Source: Octopus sinensis
Lineage: Eukaryota
Direction: 5' to 3'
Assembly (NCBI RefSeq): GCF_006345805.1
Contig: NC_043001.1
Location: 14,694,001-14,758,000, forward strand
Length of the DNA stretch: 64,000 bases
Shown here: positions 24,268-36,954 of the stretch, piece by piece
Layout: every line of letters starts with the position of its first letter
Numbering within the stretch: the first letter of the stretch is position 1
The notes under the pieces: model-generated
What the model saw: the letters and a program-made list of their open reading frames with translations, nothing else
Told to the model about the DNA's origin: nothing
Database searches by the model: none
Translations under genes and position numbers: made by a program

Positions 24268-24787
24268 CCGTAAATCCTCGAGTATAATCCACATTTTTCC
24301 CCGAAAATTTAAAGGTCAAAATCCCTAGTGCGTACTATATACGAGGTTAAAAATGAAAAATATTTTCTAAGCAATGTCCGAGTCTCGATTTGCTGTTTGG
24401 CAATGTTTATTCAGATGCATTTTGTGATATCGGGCGCAAAAATACTTTAAGCTAAGCCTGAAAGCAATGAAGTCATAAAAGAATCATTCATAACTTGCAG
24501 TAAGCAACATTTTTTAAGATAAAAGTATTCAGAACACAGAATAATATGTAACAAACACAATTTGCAAACATTTACATTCCCATATAACAGTTAAGAACAT
24601 CATCATTATTGTATTACGCATGCGCGGAAGTGTTTCTTCGACTAGGTGCTGCTGGCTTAATTACGCACGACTCAAGTTAGAGAAGGGGTGCGTATTATAC
24701 ACAAGGTTTAGGTTTTACAGAAGTACAGCCCCCTAAAAATCCCTTGTGTATTATACTGAAGGGCAGACTATACTCGAGGTTTTACGG
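24268..24787. mobile_element. Tc2-like non-autonomous DNA transposon (family G)
   Basis: TIRs CCGTAAATCCTCGAGTATA / TATACTCGAGGTTTTACGG, TA on both sides; second copy at 46712-47222. Confidence 0.88.
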
Positions 24788-25085
24788 TATATAGTTGCTC
24801 GATCAAGCTCTATAACGAACATATCTTAATTTTTCCTAAAAGCACAGCTAACAGCTTTTTAAAAGTGACTCATTGAATAATAGAATCTTACATACATTGT
24901 GTCTGAATAAAAAGATCAAATAATCTTTGATCGTAACGTGCACTATTTGTGCAGAACTGGGTTAAATCAGCTCAGCAACAGCTTACAGGTACACAGAATA
25001 TACTGAGCAGTGACAATGAATGAGATATACACGGTGATTCAAAAGTCGTCATACGTAAGAACAATTTATTTTTTTATAAGAAACA

Positions 25086-25470
25086 AGCGCAGGGGTGGCT
25101 GTGTGGTAAGTGGCTTACTTACCAACCACATAGTTCCGGGTTCAGTCTCACTGTCTGGCACCTTGGGCAAGTATCTTCTACTACAGCTTTGGGTCAACCA
25201 AAGCCTTGTGAGTGGATTTGGTACACGGAAACTGGAAGAAGCCTGTCGTATATATATATGTTTGCGTGTTTGTGTTTGTCCCCCTCACCGTCGCTTGACA
25301 ACCAATGTTTGTGTGTTTATGTCCCCGTAACTTAGCGGTTCGCCAAAAGAGACCAATAGAATAAATACTAATGTTACAAAGAATAGGTCCCGGTGTTGAT
25401 TTGTTTAATTGAAGGTGGTGCTCCAGCATGGCTACAGTTAAATGACTGAAACAAGTAAAAGAATAAAAGA
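25086..25470 (+). mobile_element. Family B CORE-type SINE
   Basis: Same organisation as 23563-23952. Confidence 0.88.
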
Positions 25471-26036
25471 AAAATAAAGAAATATATATATATAATATAA
25501 ATAATACATAAATACATACATATATACAGGCATATATGGGTACAGGACATAAAAAAAACGTGAAAAAAATTAGAAACGAGACAATAAAAAACAAAAAGCT
25601 AAGACGATGTGAAGTAGTGAATGCTGGAAAAACGAACTTTGAGAAGAGACAGGCAAAAGTAGGTCTTGTCTTTACGAAGGAAGTGGAAGAAAGAAATATG
25701 GATAGACGTTGGTCACGTGTGAGCAACGAGAGAATCAAGGAGGAAGAGTGAGAGAGAGAGGGAACGGTGAAGGGGAGAGGAGAAGAATAGGGAAAGGGTG
25801 GGAAAGAAAAACAGAAAGGAATAAGAACAAGGGAGGGAGATAGATAGAAAGAATAGAGATAGAATAAGGGGAGCGAACCCCTTCTCTCCCCTGCTCGCAA
25901 TTTTAACGGGTGCAGTTGTGCATCGTTAACCAGCTAGAGGAAATGTCCTGTTGGGGTTGAAATGTCGCAGTGGAGTCCACTCGAACGGACAGCCATGTAA
26001 GATGGTCTGCGAGTATTGCTTGTCAGTATATGTATA

Positions 26037-26164
26037 TTTTTATTAATATTTAGCAGAAGCAACTGAGTGACACTCAAGGTTCGAGAGTTTCGTGTGTTGG
26101 CATTTAATGCACGAAACTCTCGTACCTTGAGTCACTCTGTTGCTTATGCTAAATATTAATAAAA
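26037..26164. repeat. ~128-bp near-perfect palindrome (probable hairpin MITE)
   Basis: ~55-bp arms with 3 mismatches and a 2-nt bulge; TTAA near both ends. Confidence 0.85.
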
Positions 26165-26190
26165 CACACATACACACATACATATATCCC

Positions 26191-26615
26191 TACCAGCGTC
26201 GCATTACTGGCACTTGTGCCCGTGCTATTAGGGTGCCAAGAGCACCATCTGAGCGTGATCGTTGCCAGAGCAGCCAACTGGCTTCCATGCCGGTAGCACA
26301 TAAAAGGGCACCATTCGAGTGTGATCGTTACCAACGTTGCCTTACTGGCACCTGTGTCGGTGGCATGTGTAAAAAGATTCGAGTGAGGTCATTGCCAGTA
26401 CCGCATGACTGGCCCCTGTGCCGGTGGCACGTAAAAAGCACCCACTACAGTCTCAGAGTGGTTGGTGTTAGGAAGGGCATCCAGCTGTAGAAACTCTGCC
26501 AGATCAAGATTGGAGCCTGGTGCAGCCATCTGGTTTGCCAGCCCTCAGTCAAAATCGTCCAACCCATGCCAGCATGGAAAGCGGACGTTAAACGATGGTG
26601 ATGTTGATGGTGATG
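26191..26615 (+). mobile_element. Family D retroposon (longest copy)
   Basis: Four internal repeat units plus RTE-like tail. Confidence 0.85.
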
Positions 26616-26871
26616 AATATTCACTCAGAAAGCACTGGTCAGCCCGGTCTTATATTAGAAATCACTTGGCTAAGGTACCGCTCAGTGGAACTGAACCTGA
26701 AATGATGTAGATGCCAAGCGAGCTTCTTAACTACGCAGCCACATCGGGAAGTAAATTTTTTTTTTAAATGACCGAAATTACAAGATGTGGATGAAATCTA
26801 GGTGAAAATAAACCATGAATAGTTCAGAATAAATTTCACCTTTGGTACGTCTCAGTAAAGTAATTCGGTAT

Positions 26872-27091
26872 ACTCTCTTTTTACTCTTTTACTTGTTTCA
26901 GTCATTTGACTGCGGCCATGCTGGAGCAGCGCCTTTAGTTGAATCAAATCGACCCCGGGACTTATTCTTTGTAAGCCTAGTACTTATTCTATCAGTCTCT
27001 TTTGCCGAACTGCTAGGTTACAGGAACGTAAATACACCAGCATCGGTTGTCAAGCGATGTTGGGGGGACAAACACAGACACACAAACATAT

Positions 27092-27122
<31 letters not shown>

Positions 27123-28095
27123 CATTTCAGTTTCCATCTACCAAATTCACTCATGAGGCTTTGGTCGGCCCGAGGTTATAGTAGAAGACAGTTGCCCAAG
27201 GTGCCATGCAGTAGGACTGAACCTGGAACCACGTGACTGGTAAGCAAGCTACTTACCACACAGCCACTCCTGTGCCTATATGTATATGTAAAGCAACTCC
27301 AGCTTGTGTGATCCTTTCCCAATATTCAAATGTTGGTTGCTCAGAAAGGAACTTACAGCTTGCCATAATTCAGAATTACTTATTACAACGTCTGACTATC
27401 CAATATAATAAATATATTCTTGAACTGAGGCTTCCGGATACTGAAACAAGCATTAACAGATGGAATTTAGACGCCTTTCGTTGTGATTTTAACCCCCCCA
27501 TTGCCTTCGTTTCAGACGTTTGGCAATAAATATGAAAACCGATCCATTCATGACATTTGAAACTAACACAACTCAACTGAGAAAATAAAATAAAGCAGCC
27601 AATTCCATACACAACGTTGCTTGGTTTGTCAGATCGCCAGCTGCTTGCTTTGAAGCGGTCTTAATAATTCCTTCAAAATTTCTTCTATAGGCACAAGGCT
27701 TGAAATTTGCAGGGACGGCAAGAGTACATTACATCGAACCCATTACTCTACTGGTGCTTATTTAATTGACCCCGCAAGGGTGAGAAGCAAGGTTACCTTT
27801 AGCGGAATTTGAACTCAGAACATAAGCCGGAGAAAATGTTGCTAGGCATTTTCTCATGTGCTCTTTTACTCTTTTATTTGTTCCAGTCATTTGATTGTGG
27901 CCATGCTGGAGCACCGCCTTTATTCGAGCAAATCGCCCCCCCAGGACTTATTCTTTGTAAGCCTAGTACTTATTCTATCGGTCACTTTTGCTGAACCGCT
28001 AAGTTATGGGGACGCAAACACACCAGCATCGGTTGTCAAGCGATGTTGGGGGTGGACAAACATAGACACACGCACGCACACACACACACACGCGT

Positions 28096-28138
<43 letters not shown>

Positions 28139-28454
28139 TATATATATATATATATATATACAGAAAGAGAGAGAGAGAGAGAGAGAAAGAGACAACCACA
28201 TTCATACATACATACATATATATGCATACATATATCTAAATATATGCATGCATGTATATAAATATATTATATATATATATACAGAAAGAGAGAGAGAGAG
28301 AGAGAGAAAGAGACAACCACATTCATACATACATACATATATATGCATACATATATCTAAATATATGCATGCATGTATATAAATATATATATATATATAT
28401 ACACACACACATATACACAAACACATACACGCACACATATACACACACACATAT

Positions 28455-28529
<75 letters not shown>

Positions 28530-29537
28530 CATTTCAGTTTCCATCTACCAAATTCACTCATGAGGCTTTGGTCGGCCCGAGGTTATAGTAGAAGACAGTT
28601 GCCCAAGGTGCCATGCAGTAGGACTGAACCTGGAACCACGTGACTGGTAAGCAAGCTACTTACCACACAGCCACTCCTGTGCCTATATGTATATGTAATG
28701 CAACTCCAGCTTGTGTGATCCTTTCCCAATATTCAAATGTTGGTTGCTCAGAAAGGAACTTACAGCTTGCCATAATTCAGAATTACTTATTACAACGTCT
28801 GACTATCCAATATAATAAATATATTCTTGAACTGAGGCTTCCGGATACTGAAACAAGCATTAACAGATGGAATTTAGACGCCTTTCGTTGTGATTTTAAC
28901 CCCCCATTGCCTTCGTTTCAGACGTTTGGCAATAAATATGAAAACCGATCCATTCATGACATTTGAAACTAACACAACTCAACTGAGAAAATAAAATAAA
29001 GCAGCCAATTCCATACACAACGTTGCTTGGTTTGTCAGATCGCCAGCTGCTTGCTTTGAAGCGGTCTTAATAATTCCTTCAAAATTTCTTCTATAGGCAC
29101 AAGGCTTGAAATTTGCAGGGACGGCAAGAGTACATTACATCGAACCCATTACTCTACTGGTGCTTATTTAATTGACCCCGCAAGGGTGAGAAGCAAGGTT
29201 ACCTTTAGCGGAATTTGAACTCAGAACATAAGCCGGAGAAAATGTTGCTAGGCATTTTCTCATGTGCTCTTTTACTCTTTTACTTGTTTCAGTCATTTGA
29301 CTGCGGCCATGCTGGAGCAGCGCCTTTAGTTGAATCAAATCGACCCGGGACTTATTCTTTGTAAGCCTAGTACTTATTCTATCGGTCACTTTTGCTGAAC
29401 CGCTAAGTTATGGGGACGCAAACACACCAGCATCGGTTGTCAAGCGATGTTGGGGGGACAAACACAGACACACAAACATATACACACACACACACATATA
29501 CACAAACACATACACGCACACATATACACACACACAC

Positions 29538-29573
<36 letters not shown>

Positions 29574-29723
29574 AGAGAGAGAGAGAGAAAGAGACAACCA
29601 CATTCATACATACATACATATATATGCATACATATATCTAAATATATGCATGCATGTATATAAATATATATATATATACACACACACATATATATATATA
29701 TACATTTCAGTTTCCATCTACCA
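26872..29723 (-). repeat. Tandem multiplication of [family B SINE + ~590-bp spacer], 2 full units + partial third
   Basis: 27123-27876 vs 28530-29282 differ by one SNP and one poly-C indel seen. SINEs at 26872-27276, 27860-28683 and 29266-29723. Confidence 0.9.
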
Positions 29724-30113
29724 TGCTTTCGCTAGTTGTTTCAGAGGCCTGTTTAGTGTCGTGAGCAGATGTAGACAGCATCCCACTTCTATCATGATTC
29801 GATCCAGCAGAACAACGAGGAAGTGAGAGCTTAAGAGAAAGAGAGTCAGACTAGTGGTTGGTTGGCACTCATTTTCAGTTGAGTAAACTGGAGCAATGTG
29901 AAAAATGGAGTACCTTGCTCAAGCACACATCACACCGCCCACAACCGTAAGGTTGTGAGAAACGAAATTACGAACTTGGGATCAAAATTCTGACCACTAG
30001 ATTACACGCGTGCAGACCTGCATACATATGTGTGTGTGTGTGTAATACATATGTGTAGGTATAATATATATGTGTGTGTATGTGTAATATATATATATTC
30101 TGTCAGATAATTT

Positions 30114-30865
30114 GGATCTTTTCAGTTTGAACGGCAGTTTTTTAAAATAATTTCTATGTAACTAAACACTTTTAAACTTCGTATACTGGTAGAATGTGTT
30201 TATAAAATATCTTTTTCTCTTGGCTTTCTTGAGAAAATTCTGTAGTTTGTAAAATATTTTCTTCAATGTTTGCAATTTCAACCAATCAATGACGTCTATT
30301 GAAGTGAAAACATTATCTGCTGTAAAGTTTTCTGGCGGTGAAATATGAAAATGTCCCTCGTTTAAGAAACAGATTGGGTTTATTTACATTTCTGAAGAAA
30401 AAAAGATACCCTTCCCCCACCCCTAACCCTAACCTTAACCCTAACCCTAACCCAACCCCTTACCCTAAAAAAGATTGAAATGTAATAGATCGATACTAGG
30501 GCCATAATTATGGGTGGACACTAAAGAGGGAACAGTTTTGTTATCCAACTCTGTTTACGAGTAACCCCTCAGTTTATGGCCACATGGTATCTTTTTTCTC
30601 ATATATAACAGGGACATTTTTATATGAGACCGCCAGAAAATGTTAGGGCAGAAATGGTTTTCATCTCAATAGACGTCACTGATTGGTTGAAATTGGCGAA
30701 ATGCAAAAAATTAAAGGCCAAATATCTTACAAACTATAGAATTTTCTCAAGAAAGCCAAGAGAAAAAGATGTTTTATAAACACATTCTACCAGTATACGA
30801 AGTTTAAAATTTTTTAGTTAGATAGAAATTATTTTTAAAAACTGCCAGTCAAACCGAAAAGATTC
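30114..30865. mobile_element. Merlin-like MITE M3, long TIRs, (CCCTAA)n inside
   Basis: GGATCTTTTCAGTTTGAACGGCAG / CTGCCAGTCAAACCGAAAAGATTC; perfect 8-bp TSD GATAATTT; ~190-bp inverted arms. Confidence 0.88.
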
Positions 30866-30877
30866 GATAATTTTTAT

Positions 30878-31023
30878 AGGCATAAGAGTGGCTGTGTGGT
30901 AAGTAGCTTGCTTACGAACCACATGGTTCCAGGTTCAGTCCCACTGCGTGGCACCTTGGGCAAGTGTCTTCTACTATAGCTTTGTGAGTGGATTTGGTAG
31001 ACGGAAACTGAAAGAAGCCCGTC

Positions 31024-31075
<52 letters not shown>

Positions 31076-31243
31076 ATATATATGTATGTGTATATATGTA
31101 TGTGTATATGTTTGTGTCTGTGTTTGTCGCCCCTCATTAACATCGCTTAACATTCGATGCTGGTATGTTTACGTCCCCGCAACTTAACGGTTCGGCAAAA
31201 GAGACCGATAGAATAAGTACTAAGCTTACAAAGAATAAGTCCT
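30878..31243 (+). mobile_element. Family B SINE, 3'-truncated
   Basis: Head, CORE-like block and most of the tail. Confidence 0.85.
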
Positions 31244-31762
31244 GCGCCGATTCACAGACACAACCCTATTCCTTTCGGTGTGAGAAAAACCGTGAGCCAG
31301 TTCCTGGTTCATTTTGAAAGCGTACAAACCTACGACACAATTATTGCTCATACCAGTTGCGCGACATAATTATATAAATATACAAACACGTTAGCATATG
31401 ACTTGCAAACTTCTGTTCTTATTTCATTAAACTTAAATTTCACGACAGTTTCTCACAGCACATTCTTGACCAACATTTCCGTCGGAAACCCGAAATACTT
31501 ACAACTGTAGAGAGTTATTTCTTTGGTTTTTTTCTCACACAAGTTCCTCCTACGATAAAACTTATTTTCAAATGTTTATCACATGGAAGTCACACTCTAT
31601 CCTGTGTATTGTCGCCAACTGAAGTTATTTTCCGCTTTAAATTTATTTCCAAGGGATACTTCCGCTTTTTCAGAATATATGTTTGAAGTTAATTTACTGT
31701 TAACATTTCTTATTTTAGTTTATTTACTCTTTACTCTTTTACTCTTATTTATTGATAATATT

Positions 31763-32327
31763 TATTTCTTTATTACCCACAGGGGGCTAAACATAGATGG
31801 GACAAACAAGGACAGACAAAGGGATTAAGTCGATTACCTCGACCCCAATGCATAAGTGGTACTTAATTTATCGACCCCGAAAGGATGAAAGGCAAAGTCG
31901 ACCACGGCGGAATTTGAACTAAGAACGTAACGGCAGACGAAATACCTATTTCTTTATTACCCACAAGGGGCTAAACACAGAGAGGAGAAACAAGGACAGA
32001 CATAGGTATTAAGTCGATTACATGGACGCCAGTGCGTAACTGGTACTTATTTAAATCGACCTCGAAAGGATGAAAGGTAAAGTAAACCTCGGCATAATTT
32101 GAACTCAGAACATAACGGTAGACGAAATACTTGTTTCTTTACTACCCACAAGGGGCTAAACACAGAGGGGACAAACTCCAGTGCGTAACTGGTACTTATT
32201 TAATCGACCCCGAAAGGATGAAAGGCAAAGTCGACCTCGGCGGAATTTGAACTCAGAACGTAATGGCAGACGAAATACTGTTTAGCATTTCGCCCAGTGT
32301 GCTAACGATTCTCCCAGCTCGCCGCCC
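31763..32327 (-). mobile_element. Family A SINE trimer
   Basis: Three head-to-tail units; 18-bp flanking direct repeat TTATTTATTGATAATATT (31745-31762 / 32339-32356). Confidence 0.9.
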
Positions 32328-32432
32328 TTTTTATTTATTTATTTATTGATAATATTGATTTCGAATTTTGGCACAAGGCCACCAATTTCGAGGGAGGGGG
32401 TAAGTCGATTACATCGACTCCAGTGTTCAACT

Positions 32433-33112
32433 GGAAAAACTTCCGGCCGTCTCTCCCATTTTCTCCCAAATTTGTTTATTTTTGTAATTTTATTTGCCAA
32501 AAATCCCCGTTTTCGGAAAATTGCCCAAAATCGGCATTGTGAAATTTCCTCCAACTTATTCAATTTTGACTTTTTCCCCCAACACTAATCCTAACCCTAA
32601 GCCTGACCCTAAAACCCTAATCCTAACCCTAAAACCTTAACACTAAATCCCTAACCCTAACCTTAACCCTAAACACTAACCCTAACTCTAAAGCCCTAAC
32701 ACTAAAGCACTAACTCTAACCCTAACCCTAAAATCTTAACTCTAAAATCCTAACCCTAACCCTAACCCTAACCCTAAAACTAACCATAAGTACAGAAATG
32801 TTTTGTAATGTTTGTCCGAATCGTGATTGTCCGTATTTTAGGAAGCAAAAATTCTTTAAAAAAATTTTACAGAGATTTATGGAAATTTTTTTTTCAGAAT
32901 CATAATCTCCGTATTTTTCCGCATATTTTGAAAAAGAAAAATTGTGAAAAAAGTTAAAAATGAAGGAAATGGGGGTGGGAGTAATTTAGAAATGTCGATT
33001 TTTGCCAATTTTTTTGCAAATTCGTATTCCCCGTAGCGGAAAAGGGGATGGGGTTGTGTCGAAAAAAACAACTTAAGGGTAGTTTTAGAGGGGGCCAGGC
33101 GGAAGTCTTGCC
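32433..33112. mobile_element. GG-terminated TIR element with ~200-bp degenerate (CCCTAA)n array, inserted in an A' SINE
   Basis: Imperfect TIRs GGAAAAACTTCCGGC / GGCGGAAGTCTTGCC (12/15); the SINE resumes on the right; no TSD seen. Confidence 0.6.
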
Positions 33113-33899
33113 TTTATTTTAGTGACCCCGAAAGGATGAAAGGCAAAGTCAACCTCAGCGGAATTTGAAATCAGAGCAGGAAGACAGATTTTTAGCAGTC
33201 GTACGACTGCTAAAAATCTTGCCCAGCATGTTAACGATTATGCCAGTTCGCCGACTTCTGTTTATTAATGATATTAGTGACAGATATTAGTGTATGTGGT
33301 GAGATTATTAGAAATGAACTGATAAAGCAAGTTTTATATTTGTACGTAAAATGCAGAGGACGAATATGTCGACCCTTCGATTAATTGCTTTCCACTCCCG
33401 GCCTCAAGGCATACGTATTCTAGGAATTAAATATTTGAGATCGCTGTCCTTAGAAGCGAAAGCATGTGGCCTAGTGGTGACCGGTAATAAAGTCACAGGG
33501 AAAAAGTTACGATTAATTTATGGGATCTGGACAAAACCTCTTCGGACAAAACCTCGTTAGACAAAACCCTTGTGACTTTTTTTCCTGTGATTTTATTACC
33601 GTGACATTTTTTCCAGTAACTTTTTTTTATCTGGATTCTCTGGATTCGGTCGAGTGGCTAGGATATTCTATTCATAATCGTAACGTCATGGTTTCGTTTC
33701 CCGGTATGGGTTGTGCGTTGTGTTCTTCAACAAAACACTTTATTTCACGCTTCTCTTCGCTGTACGAGCTCCAGTCATAGTGAAAAGTTAACCCCTCGAC
33801 GAACGGACGTTCCGTCTTAGGGGGAATGTCATACACTCGATCACTTATACGCTATTAAAACCAGGTAACCGGTCAGAGGACTCGAGATAGTGATGTCCA

Positions 33900-34208
33900 G
33901 GTGTTAACATTTACATATATTTTACTGACCTTTGATAAATTTGTGCAGAATGTGAATGAATTTGGAGAAGTTCTTGTTGATAAACAACAGTAGTAATTTT
34001 ATTCAGCTAAATACACGTCACTGATTGGTTGAAATTACCGAAATAGGACTACTTTAACGTGAAATTACTTCGTAAATATAAGTTTTTCTCAAAAATGCTA
34101 AGAATAAAAGATGTTTTATATGACACATTCTACCAGTCTCCGAAGTTTGAAAGTGTTTAGTAACAAAAAATTATTTTTTAAATCTGTAGGTCAAAAGGTA
34201 AAGATCCC
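33900..34208. mobile_element. Merlin-like MITE M4 (one end only)
   Basis: Homologous to 8880-9127; ends GGTCAAAAGGTAAAGATCCC. Confidence 0.7.
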
Positions 34209-34919
34209 ACTGATATTTTAATCTACAGCTGTTTCAAACGTGTATAGTAATTTTATAAGTATTTTTCGTTTATCATTTACTCGTTTCAGTCATTGGACTG
34301 CAGCCATATTTAGGCGTCACCTTGATAGATTTAGTCGAACAATTCGCCTCCAGTACTTATTTTTTTACTATGGGGCATATTCTATCGGTCTCTTTTACCC
34401 AACCGCTTGGTTACTATGATGTAAACAAAACGACATCGGTTGTTAAATGACGGGAGGTGGACAAACACAACACAAATACAAAAACACATACACATGAAAG
34501 AACGATACACACAGATACATAAATCTAATCACTGGGCCTTAATCGGTCCGATGTAAAGATTTCAAGTTACCCCCCCCCCCCATTTCAAGCTACCTCCCAG
34601 TAATTTCAAATTACCCCCGCGCTGTTCACATTACTCCCTCAATGATTTTGTTAAAATAATAAATTCCAAGACTTACAACTCCTGATATTTTTATAACATT
34701 AAACACGGATTATAAATTCAAGATCGTAAGCTAATCTTAAAATATGAAAATAAGACGAAAAATATTACATATTTTAAAACACTTTTATGATGCGCTGAGG
34801 AAAAAAAACATGTCGAATGTCAGAAAATCTGTGTTTGCAATTTTTTTTTTAATAAAAAAATTTGTGTTTGTTAATGAGAAAGTGATTTGGAATTAGAATA
34901 CTTGTTTTCTATAGAAGAA

Positions 34920-35291
34920 TGGAAGCACTCCGTCAGTTACGACGATGAGGGTTCCGGTTGATCCGAATCAACGGAACAGCCTGCTCGTGAAATTAACGTG
35001 TAAGTGGCTGAGCACTCCACAGACACGTGCACCTTTAACGTAGTTCTCGGGGATATTCAGCGTGACACAGAGAGTGACAAGGCCGGTCCTTTGAAATACA
35101 GGTACAACAGAAACAGGAAGTAAGAGTGAGAGAAAGTTGTGGGGAAAGAGTACAGCAGGGATCACCACCATCCCCTGCCGGAGCCTCGTGGAGCTTTTAG
35201 GTGTTTTCGTTCAATAAACACTCACAACGCCCGGTCTTGGAATCGACACCGCGAGTCCGCTGCCCTAACCACTGGGCCATTGCGCCTCCAC
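34920..35291 (-). mobile_element. Family C tRNA-SINE, full length
   Basis: Reverse complement of 22395-22779; flanking repeat TTTCTATAGA. Confidence 0.9.
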
Positions 35292-35564
35292 TTTCTATAG
35301 ATATGTAGCAGATGGATGTTGTTTATAGTGGACTGAGTCGAGTTGAAAGATTGTAACGATAAGAGATTGATTTGAAGAACGATACGCGTTTTATATACAA
35401 ACTGAAATATATTTATACACATTCAATTGGTAACGCAATGTATTTATATACATTAAAACATCACTGCAGGGGGGGAGGGGTCAGTTTGGAGCGTAGGTGT
35501 TTTGATTTTCGTAATTTGTTTTACGGTTTTTACTTGCTGGTGTTTGCTCAATATATCCCTTTCT

Positions 35565-36080
35565 ACTCTAGGCACAAGGCCCGAAATTTCAGGGGATGGG
35601 GCCAGTCGATTAGATCGACTCCAGTACGCCACTGGTACCTAATTTATCGACTCAAAAAGGATGAAAGGCAAAGTCGACCTCGGCGGAATTTGGACTCGGA
35701 ACGTGACGGCAGACGAAACACCGCTGAACATTTCGCCCGGTATGCTAACGTTTCTTATTTCTTTATTGCCCACAGGAGGCTAAACATAGAGGGGACAAAC
35801 AAGGACAAAGAAAGGTTTTAAGTCGATTACATCGACCCCAGTGCGTAACTGGTACTTAATTTATCGACCCCGAAAGGATGAAAGGCAATGTCGACCTCGG
35901 TTGAATTTGAACTCACAACGTAACGGCAGACGAAATACCTATTTCTTTACTACCCACAAGGGGCTAAACACAGAGGAGACAAACAAGGACAGACAGACAG
36001 ATTAAGTCGATTATATGAACCCCAGTGCGTAACTGGTACTTAATTTATCGACCTCGATAATGATGAAAGGCAAAGTCGAC
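35565..36080 (-). mobile_element. Family A/A' SINE multimer
   Basis: An A' unit plus two A units, with both junction types. Confidence 0.85.
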
Positions 36081-36372
36081 CAGTTTCAGACAGCTGCTTA
36101 TGATGTAGCTCACATTGCCAGTGTTAATTCTACAGAATCTACATTGCTTGTTACATCTCACGTGTCATATATTAGGCATCAAATGTTATTTCCTGTCACT
36201 AGATTGTTAAAATATACTTTCCAAGGAATTGGTTATTGATCCAAGATTCACCACCACCTGAGGGTAACATGTTTCGGCACAGCTGTTTTGTCATCACCTA
36301 TTTGGCGCCGCTGATTCAATGCTGACTTATTTGACATCAGACGTTTTTAATGTTGCTCTCATTTTCTCCCCC

Positions 36373-36439
<67 letters not shown>

Positions 36440-36954
36440 CATTCTATCCCTCACTCTGTCTATATGTGTATATTTCCTCACGTGCATTCGTGTATGTTGT
36501 CAATGTGTATGTTTGTGCGTGGATGTGTGTATACATGTGTACGAGTGTGTGTGCGTACGTGCGACAAAAATCACTGTCATCAAAACTAGCCGAATGTCCA
36601 GTCAGCCGTGCCAAATCGGTTAGAGTCCAAACAGCTGCGCCCATTTGTCTCATTCCAACCGCTTAACACTATTACTGCTGAAATAGTGCAAACCTCCGGT
36701 CAAAGTTACTCTTCAATAGTACACGATGTCATAATTTCTGTATTGTATGAGTTCAATTTACTAAAAACACGTTATCCATTTGGTGTTATTTATATGCTGT
36801 TCTAGTCACGCACAAGTCACACCCAGACGTCTTGAAAAGAAGCGGGTGAGTCAAGGTTACCCTACAGTCTCTTATGTGGTGGTTTAATAAAGTATGTGAT
36901 TGAGTATTATCGTGTAATTGATATTTGATTTAGATGTATTTCTCCATTTTCTTA

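Noticed and set aside
25181-25900. Longest ORF in the track (239 aa, minus)
   Set aside because: Antisense read through a purine-rich repeat, a microsatellite and a SINE; low complexity, no domain.
30172-30205. Functional loxP site or vector contamination
   Set aside because: Only one arm matches, there is no second arm after 8 bp, and the motif is part of a multicopy MITE.
31763-32327. Regularly spaced direct repeats as a CRISPR-like array
   Set aside because: Units are ~180-bp SINE bodies with no unique spacers and no cas genes; the context is eukaryotic.
32585-32785. True telomere or chromosome-fusion scar
   Set aside because: The array is short, degenerate, in one orientation and enclosed in a TIR-like element.
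36260-36300. Additional hammerhead on minus (GTGATGA...CCGAAACATGTT); half motifs at 14968-14985 and ~34222-34238
   Set aside because: Core or stems are too degenerate, or only one conserved box is present.
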